From a virus (Duplodnaviria; Caudoviricetes), in the IMG/VR virus record IMGVR_UViG_3300020362_000305, positions 1 to 25,220 of that record: a stretch of 25,220 nt of DNA; one strand, written 5' to 3'. How positions within the stretch are numbered: the first letter of the stretch is position 1; each line of letters begins with the position of its first letter. Under the pieces are notes generated by a model. The model ran no database searches, was not told the origin of the DNA, and saw only the letters and a program-made list of their open reading frames with translations. The translations under genes were made by a program, and so were the position numbers. Positions 7,019-15,598 of the stretch are shown in pieces.

Positions 7019-8323
7019 ATGGCAGCAGTAGCAACCCAAGGATCTACTTACGAAGTAATGGAAATAACAGGTCGTGCAGGTGGTACAATAGACCTTAGAT
7101 TGGGTGTGTCATCTTTTCAATATTTTGAAGATATAATGTCTCCAGTTGTTACTGCAGTAATGGGAGTTGTGACTAGTGGAGATACAATAGAAGGTCAGGG
7201 AATTTATAGTGGACTTCCAATCGTAGGAGGAGAGAAAGTAAGAATACATATTACTTCTCCAATAGAAAAACAAAGAGAAGAATCACCTGGTGTATTTGAA
7301 TTGACAATGTATGTTAATAGAATATCAGATTATAAGATGGAAAAACAAAGAGAAACTTTTGTTCTTCATCTTGTATCTAAAGAAGGTATTGTTAATATGA
7401 ATAAAAGAATACTTAAAAAATATAAACAAAAAAGAATTGATGAGGTTATAAAAGATTTTCTTGATATACTAGAGGCAGATTATGAAGAGGAAAATATTGA
7501 GAAGACTGTCAACAGTATAAACTTTATTGGTAATATGAGAAAACCATTTACTCTAGCTCCCATGTTAGCAGCAAGAGGAATACCAGAAGTCGGAAAAAAT
7601 TCCGCAGGATTTTTTCTATGGCAAACCCGAAAAGGTATGTTTTTTAAATCTATTGAGAAAATGATATTTGATGCAAAAGAAAATAAAGAAGATACTGTAA
7701 AAATGGAATACATATATGACCGTGGAAATGAGGGACTTGATGACCCAGAGAAATCATTTGCTAAGATTTACAGTTATGGTATCGCAAATAATAAGGATGT
7801 GATAGCAGGTATGAGAACAGGAGAGAACTCAACATATAGAATCTATTGGAATCCACATACATTTGAGTTTACTAGACCAGAGCAATCCATATTCTATCCT
7901 AAAGAACAGGAGGGTATGAACTCTGATGAGAAACCAATATCAGAAGAGGCAGATCCAGAACAGATACCTGCACCAGAAATGGCAAATAGAATTATTAGTG
8001 GCATTTATAGTGTCGGTTGCTTAGAAGAAACAGTTGTGGGTGCTGCAGCAACAGCTGTAAATAATGATAACTTATCAGATGTTGGTCAATCTATCTCTCG
8101 TTATGCTTCGATATTTACGCAAGTCGCAACATTAACGGTAGGAATGAACACAGAATTGTGTGCAGGTGATATAATAAGTTGTATATTCCCCAAAGTCAGT
8201 ACCGAAAATGAAGTAGACCCTGCTCAAAGTGGACTATATATCATTAAGGAGATTAGTCACTTTTCACAGGGCAACAGATCCTATTCGGCATTGAAAGTTA
8301 TCCGAGACACATCAGGAGAGTAA
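7019..8323 (+). CDS. Baseplate hub protein (gp27-like)
   Basis: YFEDIMSP, GLPIVGGEKV, GNMRKPF, AGFFLWQTRKG..FKSI, L.AGD.I and SGLYII.EI.H...L.VIRD pattern; lies upstream of gp5. Confidence 0.7.
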   Translation: MAAVATQGSTYEVMEITGRAGGTIDLRLGVSSFQYFEDIMSPVVTAVMGVVTSGDTIEGQGIYSGLPIVGGEKVRIHITSPIEKQREESPGVFELTMYVNRISDYKMEKQRETFVLHLVSKEGIVNMNKRILKKYKQKRIDEVIKDFLDILEADYEEENIEKTVNSINFIGNMRKPFTLAPMLAARGIPEVGKNSAGFFLWQTRKGMFFKSIEKMIFDAKENKEDTVKMEYIYDRGNEGLDDPEKSFAKIYSYGIANNKDVIAGMRTGENSTYRIYWNPHTFEFTRPEQSIFYPKEQEGMNSDEKPISEEADPEQIPAPEMANRIISGIYSVGCLEETVVGAAATAVNNDNLSDVGQSISRYASIFTQVATLTVGMNTELCAGDIISCIFPKVSTENEVDPAQSGLYIIKEISHFSQGNRSYSALKVIRDTSGE

Positions 8324-8325
8324 AA

Positions 8326-8592
8326 ATGTCAACTATCAAACACGACCTAGATCACGAAGTTTATCTTGATCCTAAAGACGAAAAAGAACATATCAATCAT
8401 GGTATGTTAGAATATAAAAAGTCTGAACTAGAAAATGTTCATGCAGACTACGAGCAATATCACAAAGATGATGTTGTAGAACCAAATGAAGGAAAAATAA
8501 ATGATTGGCACACTCGTCATGAAGATAAAGGTTTAGAAATTTATTGTGACAATCACCCAGACGCATTTGAATGTAGAGTATACGACGACTAA
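8326..8592 (+). CDS. cp12: CP12 Calvin-cycle inhibitor (phage auxiliary metabolic gene)
   Basis: C-terminal LEIYCDNHPDAFECRVYDD is the CP12 C-terminal Cys-pair motif; small and acidic. Confidence 0.88.
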   Translation: MSTIKHDLDHEVYLDPKDEKEHINHGMLEYKKSELENVHADYEQYHKDDVVEPNEGKINDWHTRHEDKGLEIYCDNHPDAFECRVYDD

Positions 8593-10802
8593 TGGCATTA
8601 GAAGAATCCCTATTGGGCAACAGTCAATTTTTAGGCAGGGACGGATTCAGATGGTGGATCGGTCAAGTTGCTCCTAGGGAAGCTCAGAAAGATCAGACTG
8701 ACGAAGGAAAAGGTTGGGGTAGCAGATATAAAGTAAGAATAATGGGTTATCACCCATTTACAGATGACTTAGAGGATGTAGATTTACCTTGGGCAATGTG
8801 TATGTTGCCAACTACATCTGGTAGTGGTGCTGCTAACTATTCAAAATCAACTCAACTACAACAGGGTGATGTTGTATTTGGATTCTTTTTAGATGGTGAT
8901 GAAGGTCAAGTCCCATGTATTCTTGGTCATTTTGGTCAAGCAGGAGGTGTAAAGAACTCTGGAGAGTTTGGCGGGAAGTTTGAACCAGGCACAGGATTTA
9001 CAGGTAATATAAAAATAAATGAGAAGACAGAGGTAGAAGAAGAGACTGGAAAACCAAACACAACAAACGAACAGAACGCAAAGTCAAATCCTACTAACTC
9101 TAGTGGTACAAAAGGTCAGAATGTAGATCAATCTGGTGCAGGTAAAAAAGAAATAATAGCAGATACTTGTACACCATCTGCTGTCTCTAGAATGGCATTG
9201 CAACTAGAGACTATGGCACAGAGGATAGAAGATCTTCAGATGACAGGAGCTAAATTAGAAGCAGAGATAAATGCTGTTGCAGATGCGATTGAGACTCAAA
9301 CAAATGGATTTGTTGGTAGTATGTTTCAAGGCATGTATGAGCATCTAGAACCAAAATTACAAAAAGGTTTAGATGATGTGTATAATGAAACATTTGGAAA
9401 AGTATTTGCTCAGACAGGTGACTCACCTCAATCATATGCTTTAGCACATGCTGCGGGTGTCGCATCACAGACAGGAGAAGTTGTTAATATTAAAAATGCA
9501 GAGAATGCACTAGCATGTGTAGCTAATAAGATAGTAGAAGGATTGAGAGGAACTGTAGCAGATATGCTAAAAGATTTATTAGCATCTGGTCTTGGTATAG
9601 CAGGTTGCGTTACTGCAAACTTTGTATCAAAACTTATGAACAATATAATAAATGATGTCACAAGTGCTATGGCAGGACCTTTGAGTGCGTTAAGTAACTT
9701 ATTACCTGGCGGATTTGATGTTGCAGAATTTTTAAGAAGTTCTGCTTTCCTACTAGAAGACTTCTCAGGATTTTTAGATTGTGGACAGACTAATAAAGAT
9801 AAGTGTCCTCCTGCTAAAAAATATGAAGTTGGTGGTGGTATTATGGAGAAAGGTGCTGATCCATATAATTATGTAATGTCACAAATGCAAAAGTCAGCAC
9901 CTGGCGGTGGTGGTATAGGTGGTGCTGTCGGTGGTGCATTAGGTGGACTTGGTGGTGCAATAGATTCTATAACTGGATTTGACTTTGGTAATTTAACTCC
10001 TGACTTTGGTAATTTAATCCCTAAAGGTGTAACTGACACCCTTGGAGCACCTGGCAGAGTGGCAGGACTAATAGAAGATCTTAGTGCAGGTGGATCATGT
10101 GTTGGTGGTAAGAAAGATTGTGGTGATGCTAAATTGCAAATCTTTGGTGGTGGTGGAATTGGTGCTATCGGTAATGTTGTTGTTGGTGGTATTATAGAGA
10201 ATAGTGGTCTAGGTGGAATTGCAGAAGGTGTTACCAGAACTGCAAGCATTATTGGTGTAGACATGAAGATACCTGGTGTAGGATATAAGACACCACCTGC
10301 TATTAGTTTCTCTGATAAATGTGGAGTAGGATTTGGTGCTCATGGTCATGCAATTTTAGATGATAATGGCGGTATCGCTGCTATCGTTATGGATAGTGTA
10401 GGAGAAGGATACCCAGTTGTTACAGATCCTCCACAAAATGTTGGTGTTACAACTGTCATTATTGAAAAACCAGGTAGAGGATATACACCTGGCGATCAGA
10501 TTGATGAATCTGTATTCATATTCCAAACAGGTTTTGCACCTGCTGAGGAAGATGCTTATGAAAATTTAACTACAGAGGAGATCATTCAAACACCTATTTT
10601 TGATGTAAAAATAGATCCAGAAACAGGTGGAGTTCAGTCAGTTGAGGTTCTAAATATTCTCAGTTATGATGTCCCTCCTGTGATAGAGATGAAGTCCACA
10701 ACTGGTGTTGGTGCTGTTCTTAGACCAGTGTTCGGAACAATACCAGAAACAAAACCACCAACTAAACTCGTTAAAGTAATAGATTGTATAGGTAAAATAT
10801 AA
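8592..10802 (+). CDS. gp5: Baseplate central spike gp5, N-terminal OB-fold part (no lysozyme domain seen)
   Basis: DGFRWWIGQV...RYKVRIMGYH...DLPWA...GDVVFGFFLDG..GQ.P.ILG is the gp5 OB-fold, followed by helical and Gly-rich regions. Confidence 0.88.
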   Translation: MALEESLLGNSQFLGRDGFRWWIGQVAPREAQKDQTDEGKGWGSRYKVRIMGYHPFTDDLEDVDLPWAMCMLPTTSGSGAANYSKSTQLQQGDVVFGFFLDGDEGQVPCILGHFGQAGGVKNSGEFGGKFEPGTGFTGNIKINEKTEVEEETGKPNTTNEQNAKSNPTNSSGTKGQNVDQSGAGKKEIIADTCTPSAVSRMALQLETMAQRIEDLQMTGAKLEAEINAVADAIETQTNGFVGSMFQGMYEHLEPKLQKGLDDVYNETFGKVFAQTGDSPQSYALAHAAGVASQTGEVVNIKNAENALACVANKIVEGLRGTVADMLKDLLASGLGIAGCVTANFVSKLMNNIINDVTSAMAGPLSALSNLLPGGFDVAEFLRSSAFLLEDFSGFLDCGQTNKDKCPPAKKYEVGGGIMEKGADPYNYVMSQMQKSAPGGGGIGGAVGGALGGLGGAIDSITGFDFGNLTPDFGNLIPKGVTDTLGAPGRVAGLIEDLSAGGSCVGGKKDCGDAKLQIFGGGGIGAIGNVVVGGIIENSGLGGIAEGVTRTASIIGVDMKIPGVGYKTPPAISFSDKCGVGFGAHGHAILDDNGGIAAIVMDSVGEGYPVVTDPPQNVGVTTVIIEKPGRGYTPGDQIDESVFIFQTGFAPAEEDAYENLTTEEIIQTPIFDVKIDPETGGVQSVEVLNILSYDVPPVIEMKSTTGVGAVLRPVFGTIPETKPPTKLVKVIDCIGKI
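9980..10021 (+). repeat. 21-bp tandem duplication (DFGNLTP-DFGNLIP) in gp5
   Basis: tgactttggtaatttaactcc / tgactttggtaatttaatccc. Confidence 0.9.
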
Positions 10803-11962
10803 TGGCAGAACAAAACTGGGCAAGAAGAGTTGTTGATTCTAGAGGTAGTCACTTTAGAATAGAGAGTGGTAGTCCAAGACAAGGAAAAGACGGTCCTGAA
10901 CCATATAAAATTGTCTCACAAAATGATAATGGTGAGGTATTTTTGATTGGTCATGGTCATGGGCAAGGACTTGCTAGAATTGCATGTGATAAAAGTATAG
11001 AAATGAATGCGGGAGATAAAAATGATCCCAATTTAGTTGATATTAGAATTAGTGCTGCTACAGGAGATATAACTATCACTGCTGCTAGAGGTAGAGTCAG
11101 AGTACATGGAAAAGATATCATGCTCACTGCTGATAGAGATGTAGATATAAACGCAGGAAGAAATATAAACTTACATTCATCATGTGGTAGAATATTTTTA
11201 GATGCAAATACTGCACAAGTTAAGGCATTGAGAGGTAATTTAGTTCCTGAGACATGGGGTGCAAGGATATGTAAAAATAGTTTTATTCCTGATAGTACAT
11301 TGGCAAAGATTTTTGCACCATTTGCACAGTCAGTAATATCAGGTGCTGCAGCAGGTAGTTTCAATGGTGTAATTGGAGGAGCATTAAAAGGATTTGGATT
11401 TAGTCTTAAAGATCTAGGTGTTACTGCACAGACAGGTGGTATTGAAGCAGTAGAAAAAACTGAGCAAAAATCATCCGATCGAACACCTGATCCATTACAA
11501 AATCCAGATAATCTAATAGAACCACCAACACCAATACCACCTGTTGAAGGTCAAGTATTGTCAGGTAATGTTGAGGCACTTAATTCTGATGCAGCAAAAT
11601 CATTGGGTGTTACTCAAGGTGGTAACGCACAAACTGGAATACAGGATACGATTGGATCTGGAAGTGTTGGTAAAGGTGCTGCAGCAACTGTTAGTAACCA
11701 GTCTAACGATGAATTAGCAACACTTGAGGGAACTGCTGATCCAACTCATCCAGATATACCTCCAGAAAAACTTGATGAGACTGTAAGCAATGCTACTGCA
11801 TTAAGAATGGAAGCATTGAAACAGGATCTACTTTCTGCTAAGAACACACCAAATGCTGTCAACACTAACCAAGAAACCTCTGAGGATGTTGAGAGAAAAC
11901 TTCTTCAAGGTGAAGAGGTTATTGCTGTTGAAACAGTATCAGAGGACTTTACACTAGAATAA
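10802..11962 (+). CDS. Putative gp5 C-terminal beta-helix-like spike protein
   Basis: Repeating short beta-strand units (DIRISAATGDITITAARGRVRVHGKDIMLTADRDVDINAGRNINLHS); coupled to gp5 by TAATG; low-complexity C-terminal half. Confidence 0.55.
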   Translation: MAEQNWARRVVDSRGSHFRIESGSPRQGKDGPEPYKIVSQNDNGEVFLIGHGHGQGLARIACDKSIEMNAGDKNDPNLVDIRISAATGDITITAARGRVRVHGKDIMLTADRDVDINAGRNINLHSSCGRIFLDANTAQVKALRGNLVPETWGARICKNSFIPDSTLAKIFAPFAQSVISGAAAGSFNGVIGGALKGFGFSLKDLGVTAQTGGIEAVEKTEQKSSDRTPDPLQNPDNLIEPPTPIPPVEGQVLSGNVEALNSDAAKSLGVTQGGNAQTGIQDTIGSGSVGKGAAATVSNQSNDELATLEGTADPTHPDIPPEKLDETVSNATALRMEALKQDLLSAKNTPNAVNTNQETSEDVERKLLQGEEVIAVETVSEDFTLE

Positions 11963-11964
11963 TC

Positions 11965-12843
11965 ATGGCAGAATCAAATCCTAATTCATTTAATTGTAGT
12001 GCTAAGAAAGACATAGCAAACAAACCATTTAAAATTGGTGATCCTACAAACTATTTTGAAGATCCTGTTGTATGCTCAGGGTTTATAGATGTACAAGGCA
12101 TACCCTCTCGTCCTACTGATATTGAGATTACCAACGGTGATGTAAGAATTTACACAGGAAATTTATTAGTCAGGCCAGGAATTTCTACATTCCAAGAAGT
12201 ACAGGTAGAGAAAGAACTTTATGTATGTAATGACACAGATCTAAAGTCTAGATTATATGTTGGAGGTGAAACCTATCAGCAAGGAGATGTATTCATTAAA
12301 GGTACTACTGGAACTCCTTTAGTTGTAGATGGTGATGGAAATTTTGGAGCAGGTATTGGACAACTATCAACAAGATTTGCAACTGCTGACTCAAAACCAA
12401 AACCATTTGATTTAGTACATCCATCTAAAAAAGGATGGAGACTTAGACATGCATGTATTGAAGGACCAGAGGTCGCAGTATATTATAGAGGAAGATTGAA
12501 GGATTCTAATACAATTGAATTACCATATTATTGGAAGGATTTAGTTGCAGAAGAGAGTATTACTGTACAGTTACAACCTATTGGATCAAAGCAAGACATC
12601 ATTGTCAAGGAGTTTGATAACATTAAGATTGTGCTACAGCATATTGGTGGAAATGTCTCAGGTGCTGACATTGACTGTTTCTACCATGTTTATGGTGAAA
12701 GAAAGGATATCAACCCTTTGATTGTTGAATATGAAGGTGAGGAGTTCTCCGATTACCCCGATCCTAACTACAAACCTGGTGCTGAGAATCCAATTTACAA
12801 CGACCCTAGATTCTCAGGACCACCAAATACTGTAACAATTTGA
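11965..12843 (+). CDS. Virion structural/spike-associated protein with KPFD..HP...LRHACIEGPE domain
   Basis: Beta-rich N-terminal half, then a K.F...HP...LRH..IEGPE..VY.RG...IELP.YW..LV domain recurrent at phage fibre C-termini. Confidence 0.5.
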   Translation: MAESNPNSFNCSAKKDIANKPFKIGDPTNYFEDPVVCSGFIDVQGIPSRPTDIEITNGDVRIYTGNLLVRPGISTFQEVQVEKELYVCNDTDLKSRLYVGGETYQQGDVFIKGTTGTPLVVDGDGNFGAGIGQLSTRFATADSKPKPFDLVHPSKKGWRLRHACIEGPEVAVYYRGRLKDSNTIELPYYWKDLVAEESITVQLQPIGSKQDIIVKEFDNIKIVLQHIGGNVSGADIDCFYHVYGERKDINPLIVEYEGEEFSDYPDPNYKPGAENPIYNDPRFSGPPNTVTI

Positions 12844-13448
12844 AGAAGTTAATTTATATTGAGGAGAATTTTATTTCTCCTGATCAATGCCAACAGATAA
12901 TAAATTATACAAACGAGTCTCTTGGAATCATGACCGCAATAGGTCATAGTGAAGATACTATTCCAACTTTTGAACCTCAAGAGGATTATTATGATTTCTC
13001 TGGTCATCATGCAAGACAAGATGAGATGTTAGATGATGCTAATTATCAAGGGCATGCTGACTTTTTAAATACAAAAGAAGAAACTTCAGAATTTTACACT
13101 AAAGTTGTTAATAAAGTAACTCGTGTTTGTAAATCGTTTGATGATAGAGCTAATCCAGATTATGTGGGTGTTATAAGGTGGTCGCCAGGAACTTTTATGA
13201 AACCTCACTATGATAGTTCTGCAAAAGAAGGAATTTATGATCTGTTTGCTGCACTCCTTTATCTAAATGATGATTTTGAAGGTGGTTATACAGGATTCAA
13301 AGATTTTGAAGTCCAACCCAAAACTGGTAAGTTATTAATTTTCTCTAATTCACAGTATAAACATCATGTGACCAGAGTAGTGGGTAAAGATCGTTATGCT
13401 CTTTCTTTTTGGTATAATAGTTCTACAGATACTCATCAATCTGTTTAA
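12840..13448 (+). CDS. 2OG-Fe(II) oxygenase (prolyl-4-hydroxylase-like)
   Basis: HxD (PHYD), LLYLNDDFEGG, distal His (KHHVTRV) and Arg (RYALSFW); TTG start overlaps the upstream stop. Confidence 0.9.
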   Translation: MKKLIYIEENFISPDQCQQIINYTNESLGIMTAIGHSEDTIPTFEPQEDYYDFSGHHARQDEMLDDANYQGHADFLNTKEETSEFYTKVVNKVTRVCKSFDDRANPDYVGVIRWSPGTFMKPHYDSSAKEGIYDLFAALLYLNDDFEGGYTGFKDFEVQPKTGKLLIFSNSQYKHHVTRVVGKDRYALSFWYNSSTDTHQSV

Positions 13449-13617
13449 AGATTGGTTCCCAATCAATTTTTCTACGAAGAACCACTGCTATATCATCAAT
13501 CTCTTGATGAGTTAGTTCTTTACCTTGATCAGATGCTCTTCTTTCAACCATCTCATTTAGGTTGATTCTTAAGATATTGCAATCATAGATCGCATATTGG
13601 TTTAAAGGTGATGCCAT
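13423..13617 (-). CDS. Small hypothetical protein (64 aa)
   Basis: MASPLNQYAIYDCNILRINLNEMVERR...WEPIFKQIDEYL. The start at 13617 is preferred because the longer track ORF overlaps the promoter region. Confidence 0.65.
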   Translation of the reverse strand: MASPLNQYAIYDCNILRINLNEMVERRASDQGKELTHQEIDDIAVVLRRKIDWEPIFKQIDEYL

Positions 13618-13659
13618 TGACAAATGATTATCTCTATATGATATATAATACAGTTCGCC

Positions 13660-13688
13660 TTGACGGTATGATTCTCTCATGCTATAAT
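13660..13688 (+). promoter_or_regulatory. Strong sigma70-type early promoter
   Basis: TTGACG-N17-TATAAT with an extended TGn, 24 nt upstream of the ATG at 13713. Confidence 0.85.
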
Positions 13689-13712
13689 GGTATTTTCTGG
13701 TTACATCACTCT

Positions 13713-13913
13713 ATGGGTAAAGAAGACGAGTACATTTCACGAGTAGTGGTCAATGTACAAAAACGAACAGTCAACTGTATATCATCTGACGGAGATGAAA
13801 AGTTGGTTGAATGTAAGAAACCTCAAGAGTTTGTGAATGTGCTAGAGTTCTGCAAAACAGTCTTAGATCCCGAAGATGTTTTCTTCGAGGAGATAAAAGT
13901 TGCTGCAGAATAA
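13713..13913 (+). CDS. Small acidic hypothetical protein (66 aa), probably early
   Basis: MGKEDEYISRVVVNVQKRTV...SSDGDEK.VEC...QEFVNVLEF; the start is placed downstream of the sigma70 promoter. Confidence 0.75.
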   Translation: MGKEDEYISRVVVNVQKRTVNCISSDGDEKLVECKKPQEFVNVLEFCKTVLDPEDVFFEEIKVAAE

Positions 13914-13916
13914 ATA
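13910..13916 (+). promoter_or_regulatory. Putative late promoter ATAAATA
   Basis: Overlaps the stop of the preceding ORF, about 27 nt upstream of the ATG at 13944. Confidence 0.5.
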
Positions 13917-13943
13917 TCAAGATACAAGGTAGTGACAGGGAAA

Positions 13944-14123
13944 ATGGAAAAAGAATCAATAGATACAAGTCCATGTTCAATGGAGGACGATGGTGCTGAC
14001 TTTATAAGGTCACATATAGAATTCATAGACATTCAAAAAGATAAAATCGTCCACAAAGATCCAGTTGACGAGATGGAAAAGTATTACGAACAATACTATT
14101 ATGGTAGGGGGTCAGATGCATGA
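13944..14123 (+). CDS. Small acidic hypothetical protein
   Basis: MEKESIDTSPC...YYGRGSDA (alternative GTG start at 13932); AGGG upstream; ATGA-coupled to the next ORF. Confidence 0.55.
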   Translation: MEKESIDTSPCSMEDDGADFIRSHIEFIDIQKDKIVHKDPVDEMEKYYEQYYYGRGSDA

Positions 14124-14251
14124 TTACTCCAAACTGGAAACATCATAGTAATAAAGAACCCAAAAGAACTCTAAAACCACAAGCACTTAGAGCAGCAAAA
14201 AAAAGAGCAAAAGTCCTTATTTCAAAACTAAAACATTATGCCAATAGGTGA
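14120..14251 (+). CDS. Small highly basic protein (43 aa)
   Basis: Not in the ORF track. MITPNWKHHSNKEPKRTLKPQALRAAKKRAKVLISKLKHYANR; ATGA overlap, and it fills the gap between neighbours. Confidence 0.75.
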   Translation: MITPNWKHHSNKEPKRTLKPQALRAAKKRAKVLISKLKHYANR

Positions 14252-14567
14252 ACACATGTATCCTTTTTATCGAGTATTTGATGAGAAGGGTCAGCAGTAT
14301 TGTGATTGCAGTCACGAAGAATATGCGATTAGAACTGTAGAGTTACACGCAGAGTATCAGAACGAGACATTTACTTATAGGAGAGTAGATGCTCCTAAAC
14401 CACTACCACCACACATTGTTGATGTTAGTGCAGAGCATGAAGCAGAACTGCCAGGTCAACAGGGACTTCCCAGTGCTAACAAGTTAAGTCAGAGAGAAAG
14501 ACAAGAGAGATTACATGATGATATAAGAAGAGAATTGCAAGAGGATTTTAGAGAGCCTATATATTAG
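14238..14567 (+). CDS. Hypothetical protein (109 aa)
   Basis: ORF in the operon direction with a YCDC motif; no recognisable family. Confidence 0.7.
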   Translation: MPIGEHMYPFYRVFDEKGQQYCDCSHEEYAIRTVELHAEYQNETFTYRRVDAPKPLPPHIVDVSAEHEAELPGQQGLPSANKLSQRERQERLHDDIRRELQEDFREPIY

Positions 14568-14591
14568 TAGATAATACTCACTAAAAAGATA

Positions 14592-15110
14592 ATGAAGAAA
14601 ATTATCCCCTTCATTATGATTGCAGCGACTGGGTTAATAAGCACTCAAGTCAAAGCAGATTTGACACATAGATTATCCACCTCTACACAACTTACTGTGG
14701 ACGGTGCAGCAACACAGGCTACAAGGATTGGGTCAACATATACTGTAAGTGGTAACAATATCACCGCAGGTACTATGGGTGGTCTAACTAAGGCATCTGG
14801 TGACAATGCTGCAACAGCAGCTGCTACACAAACCCAAGGTGCGTATAGCGTCACAACAGCAGGGTCGGCTTTCAGCCTTACGGAGTCATTCGTAATGGGA
14901 GATGCTGTAGCACCTATCGGATCAGGTGTAGATGTATCTTCTGGTATAGTGGCAGACATGCCAGCTTACGGTAGTGTTACTACACAGTCTGGAGGAGTCG
15001 CAGGATCATTAGCTGGTACTATTACATCAGCAGGTGTTATGACACTAACAGCGGGTGGAGCAGGTACAAGTGCTACAGGTCAGTTCGTTTCCGAGATTAG
15101 CATAGATTGA
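14592..15110 (+). CDS. Secreted beta-rich protein 1 (Sec signal peptide), unknown function
   Basis: MKK + hydrophobic core + VKA cleavage site; mature part is T/S/G/A-rich and Cys-free. Confidence 0.8.
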   Translation: MKKIIPFIMIAATGLISTQVKADLTHRLSTSTQLTVDGAATQATRIGSTYTVSGNNITAGTMGGLTKASGDNAATAAATQTQGAYSVTTAGSAFSLTESFVMGDAVAPIGSGVDVSSGIVADMPAYGSVTTQSGGVAGSLAGTITSAGVMTLTAGGAGTSATGQFVSEISID

Positions 15111-15118
15111 TATGACTA

Positions 15119-15598
15119 ATGAAGAAACTAATTGTAAGTGCTGTGATTGTAATCCTTGCGAGTGCGAGGAGTGCGATTGCTGTTCCTGTGGTCCCTAATT
15201 TCCAACAAGGCTCGATGACGAGCCGCACCGAAACTCAATCTACGGTGCAAGAAACCATAAATTCTATTGATTATCGTACAGGATGGGAATACTCAGTAAC
15301 AGGGGTGGGAATCGAAAATGGTCAGAACCCCGTGAATCCAAATGTGACAAACTCCACAGTCCAAGTAACGCCAGGAGTGTCGGCAACGAACGCCAATGGA
15401 GTGATAACCAGTACACTAACCTCATCATTCGATTCATTAGATCTATCCAATCAACCAAACTTCACACTAACAACACCAGGTGGAGCATTCCAGTTCACTC
15501 AAAGTTATCAAGGACCTGGCATGACAAATCAAACAATAATTCAAAGAACAACAACAATAGAAAGCGTAACCGATACTACAAGTACATTTACACAATAG
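15119..15598 (+). CDS. Secreted beta-rich protein 2 (Sec signal peptide), unknown function
   Basis: MKKLIVSAVIVILASARSAIA|VPVVPNF; mature part is T/S/Q/N-rich. Confidence 0.8.
   Translation: MKKLIVSAVIVILASARSAIAVPVVPNFQQGSMTSRTETQSTVQETINSIDYRTGWEYSVTGVGIENGQNPVNPNVTNSTVQVTPGVSATNANGVITSTLTSSFDSLDLSNQPNFTLTTPGGAFQFTQSYQGPGMTNQTIIQRTTTIESVTDTTSTFTQ

Noticed and set aside
9250-11364. Minus-strand ORFs opposite gp5 and the next gene
   Set aside because: Pro-rich mirror images of Gly-rich sense sequence, with no independent signals.
13608-13712. N-terminal extensions of the track ORFs 13608-13913 (+) and 13423-13680 (-)
   Set aside because: They run across a consensus sigma70 promoter and overlap each other; internal ATGs at 13713 and 13617 are more plausible.
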